Below the pieces are notes generated by a model. The model ran no database searches, was not told where the DNA came from, and worked only from the letters and a program-made list of their open reading frames with translations. A DNA stretch of 64,000 bases, taken from the IMG/VR virus record IMGVR_UViG_3300046691_000407; one strand, given 5' to 3'. Origin of the DNA: an uncultured virus (IMG/VR IMGVR_UViG_3300046691_000407). Taxonomy: Duplodnaviria > Heunggongvirae > Uroviricota > Caudoviricetes. Every line of letters starts with the position of its first letter. Within the stretch, counting starts at the first letter, position 1. The position numbers and the translations under genes were made by a program. Shown piece by piece: positions 50,053 through 58,382 of this stretch.

Positions 50053-50472
50053 TCAGATGCTTGCGGCCAGCGGCCGGATGGATGCACGGAGCCGCTCGGT
50101 GAAGTCGGCCTGGCAGGCGGCCATCGCCGCTTCCTGCGTTGGCTCGACAGGCCCCGGCCCGGAGCCGAGCGTCCATGTCCAGCCGGATTCGTCGACGTTC
50201 TTCGCCACGTAGTATTTCAGGCCAAGGCCTCGTCCGACGAGAATGTCGAATCCGCACAGGCGATCCCTGCCCCAGTCGAGTGGCGCCGCCTCGAACAGCT
50301 TGTGTGGCGCTTCGATCAGCGCGATGCCGTCCCTGACGGCCTGTTCGGCTGCATTGAACGTTCGGGACTCGGCTTCGCTGCCGCCGCGCAGATCACATCT
50401 GTTCAGCAGGTGTGCGGCCGTCTTCATCTGGTCGACCGTCTCCGCTGGAGTGGGATTCGTGGCTGCACTCAT
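50053..50472 (-). CDS. hypothetical protein
   Basis: AAGGA RBS; EAAMAACQADF. Confidence 0.65.
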   Translation of the reverse strand: MSAATNPTPAETVDQMKTAAHLLNRCDLRGGSEAESRTFNAAEQAVRDGIALIEAPHKLFEAAPLDWGRDRLCGFDILVGRGLGLKYYVAKNVDESGWTWTLGSGPGPVEPTQEAAMAACQADFTERLRASIRPLAASI

Positions 50473-50498
50473 CTGGTGTCCTTTTCCGAACTGATGTT

Positions 50499-51773
50499 TC
50501 ACGCCGCCCGACGGCGCGCTTTCGGTGGCTTGCGCAGGTGTGGGAACTTATCCTCCACGAAGTCGATGACCGTGACGAGGAACTCGAGACGGCGGCGGGC
50601 TTCGGCACCTTCGTCGCCGTAGCTGTTGCGGATGTCGACCTTGCAGGCGGTCACTGCGTCATCCAGAATCTCGTAGTCCATCGCATCGACGGCGCAGCCC
50701 TTCTTGACGAGATGCTTGAGCATTGCGAAGCCCTGCTTGCTCCCGTCGGGACGGCGCAGGCGGTTGAGGGCGACGGTCGTCAGGCTGTCGAGGTTGTCGG
50801 CAAGCTGCAGATCCAGACCAATGGCGACGAGGCGCTCCAAACCCTTCACGTCCAGCAGACGAACGGCTTCGTGAGCCGCAGTCGTTGGATGGGATCCGCG
50901 GGATGCCGCGATGAAGTTGAGGTCGTAGCCGACGCGGACGGCCTCCCTGAGAAAGTCTTCAATGGCTTCGCCGGGCACCCATGGGTCGAACATCGCGATG
51001 CAGGCCGGGGGCGGGATCTGAACGCCGGCGCGCAGTACTGCGGCATCCTCGCCAGTGAACGAATCCTCGATCAGCTTGCGGATGTGACTGCCGGGTTCCT
51101 CGACCTTGGCGCCTCGCCGGATGATCGCATCGGCGATGCACCGTGCGAACTTGCTGATGTCGGGATGATGAGTAATGAGGCCGATCAGCTTCCGCGGGCC
51201 TCTGGGAAGAAAGCTCCCCACGAGCATATGGTCGTGTCCCTTGCCTTCCGTCTTGGCCGGGCCGACGCCGAAGGCGCGGGACAAGACGGGGCCATTGGCC
51301 ATCATTGCCCACAGGGTGTGAAGTGGAAGGAGATCGAGGACATTGGCCAGATGGTCGAAATCGCGTTCGCGCAACGGATTGACGACCGCGTAGATCGCGG
51401 CTCGCGCGTCCTTGTCTAGCGGGACGCTGGCGGCCGCGGCGATGGCCTCCAGCATCTGGGCGGGAGATAGATGGTCGGTTCCTCTAGGTTCGCTGATGCG
51501 TGCGACCCACGCACCGTTGCTCTCGCGGCGGCATCTGGCATTGGTTCCCTTGAACGCTTCCATCACGCCGAGGGAAATCTCTTCGGGGAGGCCCTCCGCC
51601 ACGATGGACATGTGCGCCAGCGTCGTCAGGGCGACGATGCCGTCGACCGAGCATTCGAACACCGTGGAGTGGATGCGCTCGAGGAGGCTGCGCCGGAACG
51701 CGGCCTCCGTCTTGCGGGCTTCGTCCGCCTGGATGGCCCGGTGCCGCAGGCTGTTGAGGTCGAGCTTAGCCAT
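50499..51773 (-). CDS. hypothetical protein with ankyrin-like C-terminal repeats
   Basis: TAAHEA...LERLVAIGLDLQLADN and LKHLVKKGCAVDAMD. Confidence 0.6.
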   Translation of the reverse strand: MAKLDLNSLRHRAIQADEARKTEAAFRRSLLERIHSTVFECSVDGIVALTTLAHMSIVAEGLPEEISLGVMEAFKGTNARCRRESNGAWVARISEPRGTDHLSPAQMLEAIAAAASVPLDKDARAAIYAVVNPLRERDFDHLANVLDLLPLHTLWAMMANGPVLSRAFGVGPAKTEGKGHDHMLVGSFLPRGPRKLIGLITHHPDISKFARCIADAIIRRGAKVEEPGSHIRKLIEDSFTGEDAAVLRAGVQIPPPACIAMFDPWVPGEAIEDFLREAVRVGYDLNFIAASRGSHPTTAAHEAVRLLDVKGLERLVAIGLDLQLADNLDSLTTVALNRLRRPDGSKQGFAMLKHLVKKGCAVDAMDYEILDDAVTACKVDIRNSYGDEGAEARRRLEFLVTVIDFVEDKFPHLRKPPKARRRAA

Positions 51774-52818
51774 TGGCGGAGATCTCCAGGAGGCGGAGGG
51801 TGTCGGACTGGTCGACCCAGTATTCGACGGTGTCGTCGAGCTGGTCCCACGTGGCCTGATCGACGAGCTCGATCATGGTCTGCCAGACCGATGCGACGCC
51901 GGTGGACGGGACGCGATCCTCGGGAAGGGTGTTCCTGTCGTCGCCCATCGCCGCCCACTTCTTGACGGCTTCGGACGGCTTCAGTCCTTCGATCCAGAAA
52001 CGGGTGGCGTGCTTGAGGAAGTGCGGCCACATGCGATTGCGCCGCAGTTCGTCCTCCTCGAGGCGGCCGATCTGGTGGATATAGTTCCACAGGATGACCG
52101 ACCACTTGGTATCGACACCCTTGCGCAGCGCCGTGTGGAAGTTGCCGAGGAAGTCGTGCTCGGCGCGGTGGGCGCCCTTCGCCAGCACGATCGAGCTGTC
52201 GATGATCTCGATGCCTTCCTTCTTCATTTCCTTCTTTGCGTCGTCGACGCCGTCGGGGGTGATGCCGCGGCTCGCGTCCCCGACGAAACGGACGATGACG
52301 TTGCGCGGGATCATGCGCTTGGCATCGAGCGCCGAGAACTTGACGCAGTAGTCGGTGGCAAGGCCGCAGACGTCGAGCAGGTAGACGCCCTGCTGCGAGA
52401 GCCACGTGTCGAGACCTGTCTTCTTGTCTTCGGCGTTGTCACGGAAGGCCGAGTAGCTGTCGACGTTCGGATCCTGACCCTTCTGCTGGATGTAGACGAC
52501 CTTCGACATGTCGAGATCGGGGTGGAATTCGGCATCCTTGGTGTTCTGGACGCAGTGGTCGGGCCACATGACTTGCGGCTGGCCGCCGAGTTCGCCCATC
52601 TCGAACACGTTCTTGCCGTGCGTGGAGGCGAAGCTCCCGTGTCCTGCCGGGTGCCAGTCCTGCGACACGACGACGATGTCGTAGAAGCCGCTGGCGGTCA
52701 TTGCGTTGATGATCGGAACGATCTGGTCGCCTTCCGCCACCGGGAGGTTGCCGCCGGGGCAGAAGCCGTTCTGGACATCGACGATGAGGAGTGCGCGCTT
52801 GCGGGGCTGCTTGGTCAT
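51766..52818 (-). CDS. pncA: nicotinamidase/pyrazinamidase with extra C-terminal domain
   Basis: VDVQNGF, QDWHP..H.SF, WPDHC, KG, DSYSAF, GLATDYCV. Confidence 0.9.
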   Translation of the reverse strand: MTKQPRKRALLIVDVQNGFCPGGNLPVAEGDQIVPIINAMTASGFYDIVVVSQDWHPAGHGSFASTHGKNVFEMGELGGQPQVMWPDHCVQNTKDAEFHPDLDMSKVVYIQQKGQDPNVDSYSAFRDNAEDKKTGLDTWLSQQGVYLLDVCGLATDYCVKFSALDAKRMIPRNVIVRFVGDASRGITPDGVDDAKKEMKKEGIEIIDSSIVLAKGAHRAEHDFLGNFHTALRKGVDTKWSVILWNYIHQIGRLEEDELRRNRMWPHFLKHATRFWIEGLKPSEAVKKWAAMGDDRNTLPEDRVPSTGVASVWQTMIELVDQATWDQLDDTVEYWVDQSDTLRLLEISANG

Positions 52819-52819
52819 G

Positions 52820-53215
52820 TCAGGCTCCATTTTTCTGCTGTTCGGCCTCTTCGATGCGCCGCTGAAGGGCGTTGTGGCCGAGTGTGAAATCTTCGTCCGA
52901 GCGTTCGGCCTTCCTGCCGCCCCGGCCTCTCAGGAATGCGGCGACTGCCGGATCCGGATCGAGGTTCGGCTGGCTGGTTTCGAACGCGTCGCCGATCACC
53001 GGGTAGTAGGTGCAGATGAAGTTCGGGTTGCCATGTTCGCCCTCGATGATCACGCCGGGGGTCTTCTCCATGTCGCGGCCGAGGAAAACCGTGTGGTAGA
53101 GGAGATCCTTCGGCGCCTTGAGGGAGCCGAGGGAGGCCGCGATGTCGGCGATGACGGCGGCATCCGTGCCTTCCGGTCGCTCGCTCGTCCACTGCAGCGT
53201 GATTGAGTCCTTCAT
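52820..53215 (-). CDS. hypothetical protein
   Basis: AAGGAG RBS. Confidence 0.7.
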   Translation of the reverse strand: MKDSITLQWTSERPEGTDAAVIADIAASLGSLKAPKDLLYHTVFLGRDMEKTPGVIIEGEHGNPNFICTYYPVIGDAFETSQPNLDPDPAVAAFLRGRGGRKAERSDEDFTLGHNALQRRIEEAEQQKNGA

Positions 53216-53264
53216 TCGTGTCTCCTTTTTTGGTCAGACCTTATGGGCTTTGATAGGATTCATG

Positions 53265-53591
53265 TCAAGGAGACGAGATCGAATTCTTGAGGCCCTCGTC
53301 GAGCTTGTCCGCATAGAGGGCCATGTAGCGGTCGGTGATCTTCCTGCCCGAGCGAGGGAAGGAGAAGCCGGATCGCGGAGACTCGTTGAAGCCCGCCGCG
53401 CTGCCGTCGTCCAGCAGGACCCAGTTCATGACGTTGCGGTAGCGAAACGTGGTTTGCGGGAACGGAATGACCCTGCCGTCGTACTCCGCCACGATCTCGC
53501 GGTCGCGGTAGGTGCGGATCTGGTCGTCGAACTCCGCACCGCCGTAGGTGCAGAGCGACGATACCCATTCGGCGACGGTCTGCCCGCTCAA
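53265..53591 (-). CDS. hypothetical phage-like protein
   Basis: GAGGAGG RBS with TTG start overlapping the upstream TGA. Confidence 0.65.
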   Translation of the reverse strand: MSGQTVAEWVSSLCTYGGAEFDDQIRTYRDREIVAEYDGRVIPFPQTTFRYRNVMNWVLLDDGSAAGFNESPRSGFSFPRSGRKITDRYMALYADKLDEGLKNSISSP

Positions 53592-54085
53592 GCCGCGTCC
53601 TCCTCGTCTTCGGAACCCTTTTCGGCGAGGATGACCGAGAGCGGCCGTAGCTTCGACAGGTCGCTGGTGTAGCTGATGCCGGACCATTCGCCGTCCTGCC
53701 AGACGTACATGTATTCCTCGCGCTCGAAGACCTCCTCGAGCGTGTCGCCGATCACGGTGTCGACGCCCTCCTCGCCGCGGTCGCGGCCATAGACGTTGCA
53801 CATCTTCTGGATGCGGATGTACTCCGGATCATTCATCCGTGCCTTGTAGTCGCCGTTGTGCTTGGTGTTGAAGGTCATGTTGTAGTCGAAGTCGTGCTTC
53901 TCGCCGACTTCCTCGCCGAGGGACGAGATGTCGCCCAGCGCCACCAACGCCTCCGCGAGTTCCTGGCTGTTGTAGTGGTCAAGGAGTGTCTGACCGACAC
54001 CGTCCCAGTAGCCGTCGAAATGGCAGTAGATGCGCGCCCACTTGCCGTCGGTACGCTTGACGTGGATGAAGGATCGAGTGGACAT
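53588..54085 (-). CDS. phage-like hypothetical protein
   Basis: MSTRS.I...IYCH.DGY..GVG..L..HY; LGDISSL; YGRDRGE. Confidence 0.75.
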   Translation of the reverse strand: MSTRSFIHVKRTDGKWARIYCHFDGYWDGVGQTLLDHYNSQELAEALVALGDISSLGEEVGEKHDFDYNMTFNTKHNGDYKARMNDPEYIRIQKMCNVYGRDRGEEGVDTVIGDTLEEVFEREEYMYVWQDGEWSGISYTSDLSKLRPLSVILAEKGSEDEEDAA

Positions 54086-54282
54086 CAGTTGGTCTCCTTG
54101 AACGAGTGGACGGCGGCGACGACCTGGTAGGGTTCGCCGTACGAGGGAATGGCAGCCGAGATGTCGCGCTGGCGCTCCTTGGAGACGCCGAGGCAGGCCG
54201 CCGGGATGATGGCGAACAGCGAGAAGAAGATCAGAGGGGCGGCTGCTGAAAGCGCCGAGGCATGCTTGCCGTGTCTGCTCAT
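54085..54282 (-). CDS. small one-TM or exported protein
   Basis: AAGGAG RBS; TGATG coupling. Confidence 0.6.
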   Translation of the reverse strand: MSRHGKHASALSAAAPLIFFSLFAIIPAACLGVSKERQRDISAAIPSYGEPYQVVAAVHSFKETN

Positions 54283-54463
54283 GGATGTCTCCTTGTGACC
54301 GTTGTCAACAATTAGATGCGAATCCTTCGCCTGTCAACATTTGTTGCTCGAATCCTCTGGATTTTATTCGGCGTAGGTTGTTCCCTTCGCCTGGTGTCGA
54401 CATGCTCTCCTTCACGAGATATCAGTTCCGGCGCGAGCCTGAAGCAAGACGGAGATTCGACCG

Positions 54464-55171
54464 ATGACGGAAGCCCTGATTTTCGGAGACCCCCATGGGG
54501 ATTTCCGCGCCGTGCGACGGGCGGCCGCCGGCATCGATCCGGCCAACCCTCCTCCGTGCATATTCCTGGGTGACTTCGATCTGGTGGTTCCTTTGGAGGA
54601 GGCCGTCGCTCCCCTGCTCGCCCGCGGATGCGAGGTATTCCACATTCACGGCAACCACGAGGCCGACCAGGTTGGCTGGTACGATAACGTGTTCTCGTCT
54701 GCGCTTGCCGGAGGATCGCTCCACTGCCGCGTCGTCGACATCGACGGAGTTCGCTACGCGGGGCTGGGCGGGGTGTTCAAGGGGAAGATCTGGCATCCGA
54801 AGGACGGCAGCGGCGATCCCCGGTACAGGACCCGGGAGGAGTTCATGCACGCGAACGGCCGCAATGCGTGGCGCGGCGGGCTTCCCCTCGGTCTCAGGGC
54901 CACGATATTCCCCGAGGACTACGACATGCTCGCCGACCTGCGCGCGGACGTGCTGGTCACCCACGAGGCCCCGAGCTGCCACCGCTACGGCTTCCAGGAG
55001 ATCGACCTGCTTGCGGAGGCGATGGGAGCGAGGATGATCGTGCATGGACACCATCACGAGCCCTACAGGGCGGAGATCGCCGCAGGAATCGCCGTGATCG
55101 GCATGGGGCAGGCAGACGTCCTGAATATCGATCTCGCCGAGTTCGTTCCAGCCCCCTCGCCTGCCCGCTGA
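54464..55171 (+). CDS. metallophosphoesterase
   Basis: GDPHG, LGD, GNHE, THE, HGHHH. Confidence 0.9.
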   Translation: MTEALIFGDPHGDFRAVRRAAAGIDPANPPPCIFLGDFDLVVPLEEAVAPLLARGCEVFHIHGNHEADQVGWYDNVFSSALAGGSLHCRVVDIDGVRYAGLGGVFKGKIWHPKDGSGDPRYRTREEFMHANGRNAWRGGLPLGLRATIFPEDYDMLADLRADVLVTHEAPSCHRYGFQEIDLLAEAMGARMIVHGHHHEPYRAEIAAGIAVIGMGQADVLNIDLAEFVPAPSPAR

Positions 55172-55178
55172 CCCAGGG

Positions 55179-55757
55179 CTACCTCTGGCCCCTGTACCAG
55201 CCGCCGCCCGTGTGGACGAGATCCTCGGACGCAGGAGATCTGCCAAGGGCCTCGAGCGTGTCTGCCCTGACGTAGTAGATCGGGAACATCCTTCTGAACT
55301 CCTCCCTGGCTGCCTCGCGGGCCGCGGTTCCGCCGCGGAGGTAAAACTCGTCGTAGATAAGCCGCTTGGCAGGGCGGGTGTTTTCTTCGCCCCTCAGTGC
55401 TCGGTAGACATCGTCCGGTGATCTGTGCAGCGTCTGCGCCAGGATGAACAGAACGAGCCAGGCGGAGACAAGGCTTTCGCGTCCTGTGAGCCTCTTCGTG
55501 AGCCTCCGGGACAGCGTTTCAGTGAAGTGCTCGTCGATCCTGAGCTTGCGCTGTGGCGGGATGCCGTCGGCGGTGTCTGCTGCCTTGCCGCGTCCCTTCT
55601 CCGAGGATTTCAGGAAGTGCATCATGGCGTCGGGCTTCATCCCGAGCGAGCCGGCGATGTCCTCGATGATTTCCGAATGCTTGATTGCACCGTCCGTCGG
55701 ATTGCGGAGTGCCTTGGCGAAGACGCGCACGTCTGAATGGGTGAGATGGATGGACAT
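55179..55757 (-). CDS. hypothetical protein
   Basis: AAGGGA RBS before MSIHLTHS. Confidence 0.65.
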   Translation of the reverse strand: MSIHLTHSDVRVFAKALRNPTDGAIKHSEIIEDIAGSLGMKPDAMMHFLKSSEKGRGKAADTADGIPPQRKLRIDEHFTETLSRRLTKRLTGRESLVSAWLVLFILAQTLHRSPDDVYRALRGEENTRPAKRLIYDEFYLRGGTAAREAAREEFRRMFPIYYVRADTLEALGRSPASEDLVHTGGGWYRGQR

Positions 55758-55940
55758 GGTAATCCCTTGTTGATCCGTCGCCTCGGGGGTGATCCTCAAT
55801 TTCCAACGGCGACCAACTAGGAGATCGTCATGCAGATAAGCCAGCGTTGAGCATGCCCTTGCGGGGAGGAGCGCCGAAGACTGCTGGCGGCTTCGTGGAG
55901 ACGGTCTAGCAAGGGAGAAGGCCGGACGCAAGTGGTTTAT

Positions 55941-55962
55941 AAGGATTCGATATGGAATCCTT
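55941..55962. promoter_or_regulatory. palindrome AAGGATTC-N6-GAATCCTT
   Basis: Inverted pair of the recurrent motif in a divergent intergenic region. Confidence 0.55.
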
Positions 55963-56032
55963 TGCTCGGGTTTCCCTGTTCTTCAAATCAGCCGGTCGCT
56001 GCATCATCCACACAGGTTTGGGAGGGGCTGCC

Positions 56033-56257
56033 ATGGAATTCGAAGTCACAGTCAGATTGCCCGAAGCAGCGGTGGGTGTTCCGGTGGAGCTTCCGCGGTG
56101 CCGCGATGCGGTTCTTGAGCATGGCCGGGCTGGATTTGTCACGGCCACCTTCGTCAAGGATGGCGAGGATCAGGGGTTCGAGGTTAACTGCGCCCTGACC
56201 GATCTCAAGTATGCGCTTCCAGATGGGGTCGTGACGCGGATCGAGTTCCGTCCCTGA
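56033..56257 (+). CDS. small hypothetical protein
   Basis: GGAGG RBS; TGATG coupling. Confidence 0.65.
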   Translation: MEFEVTVRLPEAAVGVPVELPRCRDAVLEHGRAGFVTATFVKDGEDQGFEVNCALTDLKYALPDGVVTRIEFRP

Positions 56258-56718
56258 TGCCGCTTTTTCATGGGACATCGACCGCGCGTCTTGCGCAGAT
56301 CGCGGAGCATGGGCTGATCCCGCAGCCCTCGCACGACAACGGCGACAGGATCTGCATCTATCTCGCGGCCGACCGGTCCATCGCGGAGATCTATGCCGAC
56401 CTCGCCTGCCAGCGCCGTGGCGGCGAGCCTGTCATTCTCGAAGTCGATGAGAATCTGCTTGAAACCGCGAACTTCCAGCCGGACGATTATGACCTTCAAA
56501 ACTGCATAGACGATCTCCATGACCCGGATCGCGAGAACGGCATCGGCCTCCTGTCCGGGATCGAAGTCGACGAGCGGCTTCGCCCATACACAAGCTGGCA
56601 GGCCGTTCCCGCACGCCTCAGTCTCGCCGTCACCGGACAGGCCGCCTATGTCGGACAGATCCCGCCGTCGGCAATCCTTGGGCTGCCGGATTCGATTGGC
56701 CTCAGGGTCGAACCTTGA
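56257..56718 (+). CDS. ADP-ribosyltransferase/Tpt1-like fold protein
   Basis: LFHGTS...I...GL.P...IYL......A..YA...VILEV...IPP..I. Confidence 0.6.
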   Translation: MPLFHGTSTARLAQIAEHGLIPQPSHDNGDRICIYLAADRSIAEIYADLACQRRGGEPVILEVDENLLETANFQPDDYDLQNCIDDLHDPDRENGIGLLSGIEVDERLRPYTSWQAVPARLSLAVTGQAAYVGQIPPSAILGLPDSIGLRVEP

Positions 56719-56772
56719 TGTAGGAAATGCACTTGCCGCCTCGGTTCCCGCCATCGTCTTTTCCGAGGTCAC

Positions 56773-56866
56773 AAAAAAGGCCGCACAAGGCGGCCGGAAG
56801 TTTGTGCCAAGCGAGGCGAAGGAGAGTACGCCGCGACCGGTATGGAGGCCTTCTACCCGGTCGGAT
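56773..56866 (-). ncRNA. candidate anti-SD sRNA
   Basis: Hairpins with loops containing CCTCCAT and CTCTCCTT, then GGCCGC/GCGGCC + T6. Confidence 0.5.
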
Positions 56867-56867
56867 G

Positions 56868-56882
56868 TTAACGAGGCGTTAA
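56868..56882. promoter_or_regulatory. CtrA-type box TTAA-N7-TTAA
   Basis: TTAACGAGGCGTTAA. Confidence 0.6.
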
Positions 56883-56932
56883 ATTTCGTTTACGATTTCT
56901 TACCGATCGCAACGTAAAAATACTTACAGGGA

Positions 56933-57696
56933 TCAGCGGTCGGTGGGTGCCACGGCGTCCGATGACTGTAAGGTCGCCGCTTCCGCAACGGGCTTCAGCT
57001 TCACGAACTCATCTTGACTGGCTGTGTAGGGAACGGCCGTGAAAGCGTCCGAGGAGCGCACTGCCTCCAGCGAGGCGCGCAGCCTGACGATCACGACAAC
57101 CTCTCCCGATGCCCCAAGAGCCACGGCGCGGATCTCCGGGGCGATCCTCTTCAGCGCATCGACAATTTCGGCCGAAGTGAAGCCTGGCCTGCCGATGGCG
57201 TAGCGGAACCCCGAGCTGGCGAGCCGCTCCTCCTCGCTCAGTGCGGGTGCGGGTTCTTCAATCAGTACGCCGTTCTTCTTCAGGCTCGAGATCGGCATGC
57301 TCGCCTTGGCCATCTCCGAATCTATTACGGTCAGCGCCTTGTTGTCTGCACGGTTGACGACCGCCACCAGGCGTCCACCGATAGCCATGAAGTCGGCCTT
57401 GGGAGTCCGATAGAGAAGTCTGGATGTCTGCAGTTCCGTGACGAACTTCCTTCGCAGCCGCTCCAGGCTGACTCCGCGCTCGATGTGGTCGAGAATCTCC
57501 CAGTCGGTCGGATCCTCGAAGATACCATCCGCATGCCGCCGCCTATGCAGCGAGAGCCAGTGCATGTCGAGTGGAATGCGGGAACCCGCTCGATGTAGCG
57601 CAGCAGCGCATGGTCGGACAGGCCAAAGCGCCGCCGGGGCCTCCGGGGCGGCCGGGCATCGGTTTTGGAACTGGCTTCTGGCTCATCGTCCTGCAT
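56933..57696 (-). pseudogene. hypothetical gene split by a 1-nt frameshift near 57582
   Basis: SDHALLRYIERV in the frame of 57696 continues as RIPLDMHW in the frame of 57565. Confidence 0.55.
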
Positions 57697-57791
57697 GCTT
57701 CGGAATATAGGCGTCGCGCCGTGCCACGCAAGCCGTGTTGCTTGCTTGCATCCGCCCGATCATCGGTATCCAAGCTTGATGGAGGAAGGCG

Positions 57792-58382
57792 ATGATATCG
57801 CGCGAGGACTTCGACCAGCATTGCTGCTGGCATCTGCAACGCGGCCGCGGCGGCATCAGCGTCCGCTGGCGGTGGGAGGAGACTTCCTGCTTCATGGAGT
57901 TCTTCGCCTTCGAAAGCACCACGTACAGGAATCACCGTCGCTGGGAGATGACGGTGCCGGCCGACGAAGCCTATGACCTGGCATTCGGTGCGGTCGTGGC
58001 CTTCGCCGCAAGGGGAATGGACGAGAGGATGTCGAAGGCCACCTCGCGCCTCGTGTGCCTCAATGCGAAGCTGATCGTCCTCCCCGATGGACTCAATCCA
58101 TGGCACCTCAATCTCGGAACGGGCTTCTCTGGGCCGGTGCACTTCTTCTGCGACGGAGCTGACGACAGCAGGATGATCGCGGTCTCGGCACGCGAGAGCC
58201 AGTACGACATGAGCAGGAAGGCCAGCGTCATCGGATGCGCGCGTGACGGCGTCGGCGAATGGATGCGCACGGATGTTCCCGGCGATCTCCTCGCCCTCGG
58301 AGCTTCCGAGGGGTTTTCGTGGTCAGGCAAGGCGCTGTCGAACCTTCACAGTGCGGCCTCGGCCTGCCCGACGGCGGCGTGA
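57792..58382 (+). CDS. hypothetical protein
   Basis: GGAGG RBS, 196 aa. Confidence 0.65.
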   Translation: MISREDFDQHCCWHLQRGRGGISVRWRWEETSCFMEFFAFESTTYRNHRRWEMTVPADEAYDLAFGAVVAFAARGMDERMSKATSRLVCLNAKLIVLPDGLNPWHLNLGTGFSGPVHFFCDGADDSRMIAVSARESQYDMSRKASVIGCARDGVGEWMRTDVPGDLLALGASEGFSWSGKALSNLHSAASACPTAA

